Source of the DNA: Octopus sinensis
Lineage: Eukaryota
NCBI RefSeq assembly: GCF_006345805.1
Contig: NW_021827689.1
Location: 1-9,962 of the forward strand
Reading direction: 5' to 3'
Length of the DNA stretch: 9,962 nucleotides
Of the stretch, positions 1-7,826 are shown in pieces. The notes beneath the pieces were generated by a model. The model made no database searches. It worked only from the letters and a program-made list of their open reading frames with translations, and was not told where the DNA came from. Position 1 is the first letter of the stretch; every line of letters starts with the position of its first letter. The translations under genes were made by a program, and so were the position numbers.

Positions 1-39
1 CTCCCTGTGTCGTTCGGCTTTATACTTCAACCAATATGT

Positions 40-225
40 CTACCTCATTCTTCTTTTCTTTCTCTGTCTTTCTTTAGTCCATCTCTACCTTTCTCCCTCC
101 ATCCACCCTATCTCTCTCTCTCTCCCTCTATTCCTCTCTATCTGTCTGTCACCCATTTGCCAACTTCACTCTCTCACGCTCTCTCCCTCTCTCTCTCTTT
201 CCCTCGGTCTTTCTCCCTTGCTCCG
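40..225. repeat. CT-rich polypyrimidine low-complexity tract
   Basis: Imperfect (CT)n/(TCTC)n runs; explains the S/L/P-rich ORF 7..270. Confidence 0.85.
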
Positions 226-328
226 ACCTTCACTCCGTGTCAACCAGAATGTGTTGATCTGAAGGAATAACCACCTCACCTGTTAGTTCACCCCCACCTC
301 ACCCGCACTCCTCCTCGCTTCCACTCAA

Positions 329-352
329 CAGCAGCAGCAGCAGCAGCAGCAG
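329..352. repeat. (CAG)8 microsatellite within a larger CAC/CCA-rich low-complexity block (~280-620)
   Basis: Eight perfect CAG units followed by degenerate (CAC/ACC)n triplets. Confidence 0.9.
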
Positions 353-656
353 CACCACCACAACCACCTCCACCGACACCAACCCCAGTAAGTTCACGAT
401 CACCACCCCCACCACCAAAATCGCCACCACTACCACCACCACCATACCACACAAGTACCCTCGATCAACTCTAATACTCCTATCACCAATACCTCAACCA
501 CCACCACCACCACCACCCGCAGTACTACCACCAACACCACAACCATCGTGACCCCTCCGCCATCACCTCCCCCCCAAACCACCGCCGACCTCCCCAGTCA
601 ACGATCACGACAACCACACATCCACTCCGTGTCACACCATCTAAAATGTCAGCAAA

Positions 657-797
657 ACACACACACACACGCACACGCACACACGCAAACACGTACACAC
701 ACATACACATACACACACATACTTATGAACGTCAGTGTACCCAGGGACATGTCATACATAAGTACTAAATACATTGATATACATAGCATGCAGGTCA

Positions 798-843
<46 letters not shown>
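657..843. repeat. Two (CA)n microsatellites (657-720 imperfect; 796-843 near perfect)
   Basis: Read directly from the sequence. Confidence 0.9.
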
Positions 844-845
<2 letters not shown>

Positions 846-980
846 TTCAGGACTTACTCAATGTTCTGAGACTTCTATGAAATAACGTTTGCTCTACGTT
901 ATGATAGATATAGTTTGAGTGATGCAAATACGAAAACGGGAACACAATACATATATTTTTATTATTAATTTACCAACAGA

Positions 981-1042
981 AAGGCGCCGAGCTGGGAGAG
1001 TCCTTAAGCTCGCCGGGTAAACTGCTTAGCGGCATTTCATCT
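981..1042 (+). mobile_element. SINE family A, 5' head fragment
   Basis: AAGGCGCCGAGCTGGGAGA...GCTCGCCGGGTAAACTGCTTAGCGGCATTTC aligns with the heads at 1575 (19-nt exact match) and 9845-9790 (minus). Confidence 0.7.
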
Positions 1043-1054
1043 GAAATTGTTTAT

Positions 1055-1370
1055 GTATGGCAGGTTTGGGAGCCTTCAACTAACACTATCTCCTTCGAGA
1101 CCCTGCGGCGCAAGTTGACCAAAATTGAGAGTATGATAGAAGAAGGCTTGCTCTTCCTTCCGTAGAAGAAAAAATTCAAACCAGATCATGTTAAGACCAA
1201 AAATTATTTACATCAAAAAGGTGCTTTTTTTCTACGAAAATCCCTATTTTTTACGATTTTGTGACTGCCGTGTCGCCATTTTTCGGTGTATTTCAACCAG
1301 AAAAATGTTCACTTAAAGAGAATAACAAGCTACATAATGCAAAATTTTTACTTTTCAAAAATTTTAATTC
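1055..1370. mobile_element. Probable non-autonomous interspersed repeat fragment (class undetermined)
   Basis: Complex AT-rich segment wedged between SINE copies; resembles an abundant octopus repeat from memory only. No TIR, TSD or ORF seen here. Confidence 0.25.
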
Positions 1371-1390
1371 CAGCGGGTCGAAACAAATCC

Positions 1391-1560
1391 GAGCAACGCC
1401 GGGCGATACTGCTAGTACGTTATAAGTTCAAATATTTCCGAGATCGGCTTTGCCTTTCATCCTCTCACGGGCGATAAAACAAGTACCAGTTGAGTACTGG
1501 GGTCGATGTGATCGATTTATCCCCTCCCCTAAAATTTGTGCCCATAGTAGAAAGGATTAT
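1391..1560 (+). mobile_element. SINE family A (tRNA head, Deu/Nin-DC-like central domain), 5'-degraded
   Basis: B-box remnant AAGTTCAAAT, central GCCTTTCATCCT...GATAAAACAAGTACCAGTTGAGTACTGGGGTCGAT, 3' end TAGTAGAAAGGATTAT; the same body recurs at least six times in the window. Confidence 0.8.
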
Positions 1561-1574
1561 CAAATATCATCAAT

Positions 1575-1781
1575 AAGGCGCCGAGCTGGGAGAACCACTA
1601 GCTCGCCGAATAAAATACTTGGCGGCATATCGTCCGTTCAAATTTCGCCGAGATAGGCTTTGCCTTTCATCCTTCCAGGATCTGTAAAATAAGTACCGGT
1701 TGCGTACTGGGGTCAATGCAATCGAGTTAACCACGTCCTTTGAAATGTCTGGCCTTGTAGCAAGAATTTGAAACCGTTATT
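1575..1781 (+). mobile_element. SINE family A, near full length, diverged
   Basis: Head GGCGCCGAGCTGGGAGA, GTTCAAATTTC B-box, GCCTTTCATCCTTCC...AAATAAGTACCGG core, 3' GGCCTTGTAGCAAGAATTTGAAACC; an extra 3'-end fragment follows at ~1803-1844. Confidence 0.8.
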
Positions 1782-1875
1782 GATAATCAGCAATAATGCA
1801 GCGAAGTTTCAAACCGTGTGCCTTTGGTAGAAAAAGGATTATTACGAATTTGCAGAAGTCACAAATTCATAAACA

Positions 1876-2299
1876 GGCGAAGGAGTGGTTGTGTGGTAAG
1901 TAGCTTGCTTACCAACCACATGGTTCCGAGTTCAGTTCCACTGCTTGGCACATTGGGCAAGTGTCTTCTACAATAGCCTCGGACTGACCAAAGCCTTGTG
2001 AATGGATTTGGTAGACGGAAACTGAAAGAAGCCCATTGCATATATGTATATATACACACATATATGTATGTATGTGTGTGTATATGTTTGTGTGTCTGTG
2101 TTTGACCTCCACCCCAATATCGCTTGATAACCGATGCTGGTGTATTTACGTCCCCGTAACTTAACGGTTCGGCAAAAAAAAAAACTGATAGAATAAGTAT
2201 TAGGCTTACAAAGAATAAGTTCTGGGATCGATTTGCTCGGCTAAAGGCGGTGCTCCAGCAGTACCACAGTCAAATGAGTGAAACTAGTAGAAGAATAAG
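1876..2299 (+). mobile_element. SINE family B (tRNA head, internal TA/TG microsatellite), full length
   Basis: A-box-like TGGTTGTGTGG, B-box-like GAGTTCAGTTCC, CATTGGGCAAGTGTCTTC body, internal microsatellite ~2040-2100, 3' GGCGGTGCTCCAGCA...AAGAATAAG; collinear with the copy at 6341-6757. Confidence 0.9.
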
Positions 2300-2340
2300 T
2301 TTCAAATTTTGGCGCCAAGCTAGAAATTTCGGGGGATGAA
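2300..2340 (-). mobile_element. SINE family A 3'-end fragment
   Basis: TTTCAAATTTTGGCGCCAAGCTAGAAATTTCGGGGG matches the tail-proximal end of the minus copy at 9633-9675. Confidence 0.5.
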
Positions 2341-2418
2341 GTAGTATTTTATACAACTGTGGGATAAAATGCAATGTGAAAGCTGACAGGCAGGATTTGG
2401 ACTCAGTCATTAGTCAAC

Positions 2419-2529
2419 GTGTGATCAGGTGGCTAGGTTGTTGCACTCGCGTTTGCTATGTAATGGGTTCGATTCCTGGAGCGGTCGGCGTGTTGTGGTT
2501 CTTGAGCAAAACTCATCTCACATTGCCCC
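2419..2529 (+). mobile_element. SINE family C head, degraded
   Basis: GGGTTCGATTCCTGGA B-box followed by GCGTGTTGTGGTTCTTGAGCAAAAC, matching the reverse complement of 4075-4120. Confidence 0.7.
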
Positions 2530-2534
2530 GTGAG

Positions 2535-2623
2535 TGGAGAAAGTGGCAGAGTTGTTGACGCGTCGGCAGAAATATTTTGCGGTACATTTTCCAGCTCTCT
2601 CCATTCTGAGTTCAAATCCCACC
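2535..2623 (+). mobile_element. SINE family A head, old degraded fragment
   Basis: TGGCAGAGTTG A-box remnant ... TTCTGAGTTCAAATCCCACC B-box. Confidence 0.55.
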
Positions 2624-2850
2624 TGCGTGAAAAAGGCACCCCCCCCCCCAAAAAAAACAAGGCCAGTATTCATCCTAAGACAAGTCATGAGTAATTTACT
2701 TAACAGCGACAGGAGAGGGAACGGGCCCTCCCAGAGTACTAAAGAAGGTTCGCATGCAGGGGACCTACTCAAAGGCAGACATTTAGACATTAACTATTGC
2801 TCAACGAGTTACCATCTGTACAGATAAATAAATTGTATTCAGATAAACGT

Positions 2851-3008
2851 AATGTTACTTTCTATTAAAGTCACAAGGCCTGGAATTTTTGGGGAAGGGG
2901 ATTTGACAATTACATCGACCCCTGTGTTTCAAGGATACATAATTTATCCACCCCGAAAGGGATGAAAGGCAAAGTCGACTTCGGCAGAATATGAACTCAG
3001 AACGTAAC
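2851..3008 (-). mobile_element. SINE family A, 5'-truncated
   Basis: ATCGACCCC...CCCCGAAAGGGATGAAAGGCAAAGTCGACTTCGGCAGAATATGAACTCAGAACGT is the reverse complement of the family A core and B-box. Confidence 0.8.
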
Positions 3009-3009
3009 G

Positions 3010-3210
3010 TAATAATAATAATAAAAACAAGAATAATAATAATAATAATAATCCTTTCTACTGGAGGCACAGGGCCTCAAATTTGGTGGAAGGGATATAG
3101 TAGATTATATCGACCCCAGTGTTCAACTGGTACTTCATTTATCGACCCCGAAAAGACTAAAGGCAAAATCGACCGCGTCGGAATTTGAACTCAGAACGTA
3201 AATACGGATA
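3010..3210 (-). mobile_element. SINE family A, 5'-truncated, with (TTA)n tail (3010-3052)
   Basis: (AAT)n tail then CCTTTCTACTGGAGGCACAGGGCC...CGACCCCAGTGTTCAACTGGTAC...GAATTTGAACTCAGAACGT. Confidence 0.85.
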
Positions 3211-3215
3211 TAAGT

Positions 3216-3257
3216 AATGATGATGATGATGATGATGATGATGGCGATGGTGATGAT
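3216..3257. repeat. (GAT)n microsatellite
   Basis: Read directly from the sequence. Confidence 0.9.
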
Positions 3258-3929
3258 AGTGGTTTTAAACATTGTTATAAGGCTAGTCATTTTAGAATGC
3301 TGGACCTAACTGCACGATTATATTTCATGGTTTAAGTTTGCATGTTAACAAAAAAAGATTAATGATTGAAGTTAAACAACGTTTCCTGGTATATATCTGA
3401 GAAGATTAATGAGTCGCTTTGAGTAGTTACTCATTAGTCATTTTCATACAACACCTTCGCAAGGAGCGAATCAAAAATTCCGTCTCTGTTTCCTCCACCC
3501 AGAACAGCAAAGTAAGCGATCTTTATATTATGTAAATTAGGGGGAAATATTTCGCTGCCCAGAGCGGCAATACGCACTGATGCGAGTAGGATGTAGTGGT
3601 AGGATGTAGCGGCTGATGGGTTGTTGGTTAAAGATGCAAGTGGAGGGTCATTGATGGACGTTGATGATTTATTGCTGACATATTGGCATTGCAATTTACA
3701 TTCTAAGTGAGCCGACATATTTTTCTGTTGTGTAATTTTGTATTTCATCGGTCGATTAAATAAGCACGCAAACATACGGCGCATATATATCAATAAATAC
3801 GCATGCGTATATGAGCGTGCGTATATAACTGTATACAATTATGCGCTCATATATATATATATGTGTGTTCGTGCGTGGGTGTGTAAATATGTTTGGATGT
3901 ACACACACGCAGGCACGATATATAATAAA

Positions 3930-4170
3930 ATAGTAAATGCACCCTTATAAAGCCTAGCCAGGCTCATAGGCCCGATTTCCCGGTTTCTATGGCGTATGTG
4001 TTCCCCAGCAGGACAGGATGCCAGTCCATCGCAGCGTTACTCATAGTAGACTGGAGCAGCGTGAAGTGAAGTGTTTTGCTCAAGAACACAACGCGTCGCC
4101 CGTTCCAGGAATCGAAACCACAATCTTACGATCATGGTGCTGACACCATAAACACTAAGCCACGTGCCTC
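3930..4170 (-). mobile_element. SINE family C (tRNA head, Meta-domain-like body), near full length
   Basis: Minus strand: GTGGCTTAGTGTTTA A-box, GGTTTCGATTCC B-box, then GCGATGGACTGGCATCCTGTCC...ATAGAAACCGGGAAA, which resembles the MetaSINE central domain (from memory, needs alignment). Confidence 0.8.
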
Positions 4171-4301
4171 TATATATATATTATATATATATATATGTGT
4201 GTGTGTGTATATATATATATATACACATATATATATATATATATATTATTAATATAATATATATATATAATTATATATATAATATATATATATATATATA
4301 T
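4171..4301. repeat. Compound (TA)n/(TG)n microsatellite
   Basis: Read directly; lies between two inverted SINE C heads. Confidence 0.9.
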
Positions 4302-4302
4302 G

Positions 4303-4360
4303 GGGGCAGTGGCTTAGTGGTTAGGGTGTCAGCACCATGATCGTAGATTGTGGTTTCGAT
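4303..4360 (+). mobile_element. SINE family C head only, truncated inside the B-box
   Basis: GGGGCAGTGGCTTAGTGGTTAGGGTGTCAGCACCATGATCGTAGATTGTGGTTTCGAT then (AT)n; reverse complement of 4111-4170 with 3 substitutions and 2 single-base gaps. Confidence 0.85.
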
Positions 4361-4491
4361 ATATATATATATATTATACTATATATAGTGAAAACAAAGT
4401 AAGTATTTAGTACGTACGTTTCAGATCTGCGTAATGTATAACAGGAAATAATCCCTTTAGGTAATGAATTCCTCACTTAAAATGCTCGCAG

Positions 4492-4522
4492 ACACACACA
4501 CACACACATACATACACACACA

Positions 4523-4572
<50 letters not shown>

Positions 4573-4585
4573 CACACACACACAC
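4492..4585. repeat. (CA)n microsatellite
   Basis: About 47 units with a few TA/CG interruptions. Confidence 0.95.
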
Positions 4586-4983
4586 TGAATCACTTAACTG
4601 TAAATGGGTAACTCTGGCACGGAATAGCTTTCCGATCAAGGGGTAAGTTGGTCGACTCGATTATTCTGCAGGGTGACACCATTCGAAGCTAAAACTATGC
4701 GTAGTGCTCCGTGACTTTGCGTCTAGCGATGTATTACAACATCCGATTGTCTGATGAATACCGTGATACTGTGATACATATGCACAGTTTGGCTTCGGTC
4801 CGCATTGGGTGGGGTTATCCTAGCTTAATAGCAGCACCTGCAAAAGTTATTTGCTGATGTTTCATATTACGGTCATACTTTGGAGACCATAGCAGTTTCT
4901 CGTAAACGATTATTGTTTGCAAATATCTATCAGGGTGTGGATGAATTCCCTGGGATTATTGGAGGGATTTGGTCAGCAAAATT

Positions 4984-5189
4984 TGTGTGTGTTTCTCTGA
5001 GTGTGTGTAAATGTGTGTATATATATGCGCAGCATGTTGTTATATGTGTGTATATACATCAGTATATGCACAAATACGTGTATGTTCATGTATGTGCTTC
5101 TATGTATGTATGTATATATGTATGTATGTATGTTTGTATGTATATATATTATATATATATGTATGTATGACTGAATGTATCTCTCCATT

Positions 5190-5232
<43 letters not shown>

Positions 5233-5252
5233 GATATATATATATATGGTGG

Positions 5253-5293
<41 letters not shown>

Positions 5294-5310
5294 TGGATAT
5301 AGTGTATAGG
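4984..5310. repeat. Compound (TG)/(TATG)/(TA) microsatellite field with TGGATATA-type interruptions
   Basis: Read directly; explains the C/V/Y/I-rich ORFs. Confidence 0.85.
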
Positions 5311-5323
5311 TGTTATATTAGGG

Positions 5324-5425
5324 TATATCACCCCAGGTTCAACTGGTACTTAATTTATCGACCCCGAAAGGACTAAAGGCAAAATCGACGCGTCGGAATT
5401 TGAACTCAGAACGTAAATACGGATA
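5324..5425 (-). mobile_element. SINE family A internal fragment (duplicate of 3106-3210)
   Basis: About 5 differences to 3106-3213 over ~108 nt, followed by the same (GAT)n flank. Confidence 0.85.
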
Positions 5426-5954
5426 TAAATAATAATGTTGATGATGATGATGATGATGGTGATATATATATATAATGGATGTATGTGTAGTGTGTGTGTG
5501 TATATATATATATATAGGTATATAGACACACGCACGCACACACACTCACACACACTATCGAGATAGATAGTAACATTCCTTCAGACAAATACCCCTACAC
5601 ACACAAACACGAAAGAACCCTATATATATGTTATGTATGTATGTATGTCGAAATTCCTACCACGCACAAGTATACGTACGAGGTCTTGCCAAGCCATATC
5701 CTCCTCACAAGACGAAACCAGTCGGCCACAAATATTATCATGGACAAATACTTCGAATACTTTCCGCTTTTATGTTCGTTTTTTTTTTGTTCTTTTCTCT
5801 TTTCTTTTCTTTTGTTTTGTTTCACTCGTTTGATGTGTATCGATGACAAACATGTGTCCAGTCAACTGATTGACCTTTACAAATATATCTATTCTATTTT
5901 TATCTTCATTCACTCAGAGGTATAGATTAGACGTTTGTATGTATCAGACGTGAT

Positions 5955-5980
5955 GTGTGTGTGTGTGTGAGTGTGTGTGT

Positions 5981-6018
<38 letters not shown>
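5955..6018. repeat. (TG)n microsatellite
   Basis: Read directly from the sequence. Confidence 0.95.
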
Positions 6019-6020
<2 letters not shown>

Positions 6021-6164
6021 CTCGTCTAGACATATATTCTGTTTCCTTTTGCACATGAGCACAGTTCAACTAACACTATCGTATAGAAACACACAAAAAT
6101 ACACATACACATACACACATACATTTATGTACTTTTTTTGTGTGTGTGTGTTCCTGGTTTTGTA

Positions 6165-6340
6165 GGAGCAGGCGTGGCTGCGCGGTAAGTAGTTTGCTTC
6201 CAGCCACATAGTTCCGCGTTCAGTCCCACTGCGTGGCCCCTTGGGCAAGTGTCATCTTCTATAGGTTTGGGCCGACTAAAGCCTTGTGAGTAGATTAAGT
6301 AGACAGAAACTCAAAGAAGCCCGTCGTATATGTATATATG
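6165..6340 (+). mobile_element. SINE family B, 5' half of an older copy
   Basis: GGAGCAGGCGTGGCTGCGCGGTAAGTAG...GTTCAGTCCCACTGCGTGG...AAGAAGCCCGTCG, ending in the internal TA microsatellite. Confidence 0.85.
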
Positions 6341-6491
6341 AGTGGCTGTGTGGTAAGTAGCTTGTTTACCAACCACATGGTTCCGGGTTCAGTCCCACTG
6401 CGTGGCAAAATGGGCAAGTGTCTTCTACTATAGCCTCGGGCCGACCAAAGCCTTGGTAGACGGAAACTGAAAGAAGCCCGTCATATATATG

Positions 6492-6535
<44 letters not shown>

Positions 6536-6757
6536 TGTGTGTGTTTGTGTGAGTGTGTTTGTCCCCCTAGCATTGCTTGACAACCGATGCTGGTGTGTTT
6601 ACGTTCCCGTTACTTAGCGGTTCGGCAAAAGAGACCGATAGAATAAGTACTGGGCTTACAAAAGAATAAGTCCCGGGATCGAGTTGCTCGATTAAAGGCG
6701 GTGCTCCAGCATGGCCGCAGTCAAATGACTGAAACAAGTAAAAGAGTAAAAGAGTAA
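6341..6757 (+). mobile_element. SINE family B, young copy with (AAAGAGTA)n tail
   Basis: A-box TGGCTGTGTGG, B-box GGTTCAGTCCC, internal microsatellite ~6483-6555, 3' stem-loop CAGTC-AAAT-GACTG, tail AGTAAAAGAGTAAAAGAGTA; 12-nt internal deletion relative to 1876-2299. Confidence 0.92.
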
Positions 6758-6761
6758 ATAC

Positions 6762-6890
6762 CTGTGTGTGTGAGTGTGTCTTTGTTTATTTGTGTCAGTG
6801 ATTGTCTACAAGCATCGGTTTTGCTGTGCTTACGTCCCCCTAAATTAGCTCTTACGCAAAAGAAACCAATATAATGTGTATCAGATTCCA
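6762..6890 (+). mobile_element. SINE family B, diverged 3' half (likely remainder of the 6165-6340 copy)
   Basis: (TG)n then CTTACGTCCCCCTAAATTAGC...GCAAAAGAAACCAATATAAT, comparable to TTTACGTCCCCGTAACTTA...GCAAAAGAGACCGATAGAAT in the intact copies. Confidence 0.55.
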
Positions 6891-6966
6891 ATACATAAAT
6901 ACATACATACACACATGATGACTGCCCCCTCGTTATCGAGTTTGGCCATTGCGCGAGGCTTAACTG

Positions 6967-7035
6967 TTAATGGTGTTGTGAACGAATGTGACATTTTCGC
7001 CCAGCTAAAAATCAGCAATGTGTAGTATAGAATTG
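6967..7035 (-). pseudogene. Remainder of C2H2 finger 3 and ORF stop
   Basis: After removing the insertion the frame reads CQFYTTHC*FLAGRKCHIRSQHH*, keeping the C-x2-(C>Y)-x12-H-x4-H spacing. Confidence 0.7.
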
Positions 7036-7036
7036 G

Positions 7037-7238
7037 GAAGATTTACGAAAATAAACAAAAAACGAAGGCAGGTGGAGTACAAACAAACAATGTATTAGTA
7101 TGGCGCTGAGGAATAGAAATAGAAAAAGTCTTTTACGTTTCGAGCCTACGCTCTTCGACAGAAAGATACACAGAAAAAAAAAACAAGGAGAGAAAAAAAT
7201 TGCGTGTAGGGGCTAACGATCCAACATGGCGTTCTGTA
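7037..7238 (-). mobile_element. 202-bp insertion, probable Penelope-like element terminal (pLTR) fragment, with 14-bp TSD
   Basis: TAGTATAGAATTGG at both 7023-7036 and 7239-7252; excision restores the zinc-finger frame; contains a hammerhead-type motif. Confidence 0.75.
7129..7166 (-). ncRNA. Minimal type I hammerhead ribozyme-like motif (variant core)
   Basis: Minus strand UCUUU CUGUCGA A GAGC-GUAG-GCUC GAAA C GUA AAAGA: 5-bp stem I, 4-bp stem II, palindromic ACGU stem III, GUA cleavage triplet. Core has U instead of the canonical A6 and an extra A after A9. Confidence 0.65.
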
Positions 7239-7251
7239 TAGTATAGAATTG

Positions 7252-7551
7252 GCAGCTAAAGCCTTTACTGGTAATAGCCGGTTGTAGTTGTACCTTTGCA
7301 TGTCGTTTAAGTCCTCCTGCTGAATCACACTCCTTTCTACATGCCGGGCAGATATAATTAGTATGGTGTGTAGCACCACCACCACCAGCGGCCTGGTTGA
7401 CAATCATCAGCGTCGCTTTATGACTACGAAGATGACTCTTGAGTCCAGCTTTACTGAGGCAGGGTTTTGCACAGACACTGCATGTCAGCGTCATAGGAAG
7501 ACCCTTACCGTCGGGAAGTGCAACCGTGATGCCCTTCCTGACATCCCTCCT
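7252..7551 (-). pseudogene. Degenerate LINE ORF C-terminus: C2H2 finger 1 (7482-7420, intact), finger 2 (7350-7288, last H->Q), start of finger 3
   Basis: C-x2-C-x12-H-x3-H spacing read in ORF 7213..7560(-); the upstream Met comes from the flanking microsatellite. Confidence 0.75.
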
Positions 7552-7552
7552 T

Positions 7553-7627
7553 ACATACATACATACATATATATGTATATATATATGTGTATATATTATT
7601 ATATATATAAGTATGTATATGTATATG

Positions 7628-7674
<47 letters not shown>

Positions 7675-7695
7675 ATATATATAGATATATATATC
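7553..7695. repeat. (TACA)n/(TA)n microsatellite
   Basis: Read directly; marks the 5' break of the RTE fragment. Confidence 0.9.
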
Positions 7696-7826
7696 ATTCC
7701 TCTACACCTTTTGCCAGACGGTGTGCATTTGTAGGGATGCAGTCCAGGGACTGATATGTATTTATGTATGTGTTTATAGGTGTTAGGCATCCTTAGCGTA
7801 CTCAGAATCTATACACTTACTCTCCT

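Larger units (their letters stand above)
6915..7552 (-). mobile_element. 3' end of an RTE-type non-LTR retrotransposon (5'-truncated), interrupted at 7037-7238
   Basis: Minus frame gives RRDVRKG...CSVCAKPCLSKAGLKSHLRSH, the C-x2-C-x3-C-x-S-x2-GL-x-SH-x-R-x-H pattern typical of RTE ORF C-termini. Stop at 6969-6967, short 3' UTR with CTCG-ATAA-CGAG hairpin (6940-6929) and a CATCAT tail. No RT or endonuclease domain is in the window. Confidence 0.7.

Noticed and set aside
326-474. PolyQ/polyP reading (QQQQQQQQHHQQPPPP...)
   Set aside because: Translation of CAG/CAC/CCA simple repeats with no start or splice context; ends in a stop.
4751-4757. CTGATGA hammerhead core heptamer
   Set aside because: No stem II hairpin or GAAA follows; expected by chance.
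4832-4980. Open frame QHLQKLFADVSYYGHTLETIAVSRKRLLFANIYQG with AG/GT-like borders
   Set aside because: No recognisable homology, weak donor, and the frame runs into microsatellite. Nearby splice-like motifs on both strands lead to early stops.
5675-5723. Hammerhead-like look-alike on the plus strand: CGTACGA G GTCTTG...CAAGAC GAAAC CA GTC
   Set aside because: A 6-bp stem II, GAAA and a GUC triplet are present, but the core reads CGUACGA instead of CUGANGA and no stem I can form in type I or type III topology.
6341-6410. tRNA gene call for SINE heads (also 1876, 4303, 9845)
   Set aside because: A and B boxes are present, but I could not fold a complete cloverleaf and each head is embedded in a repeated SINE body or truncated.
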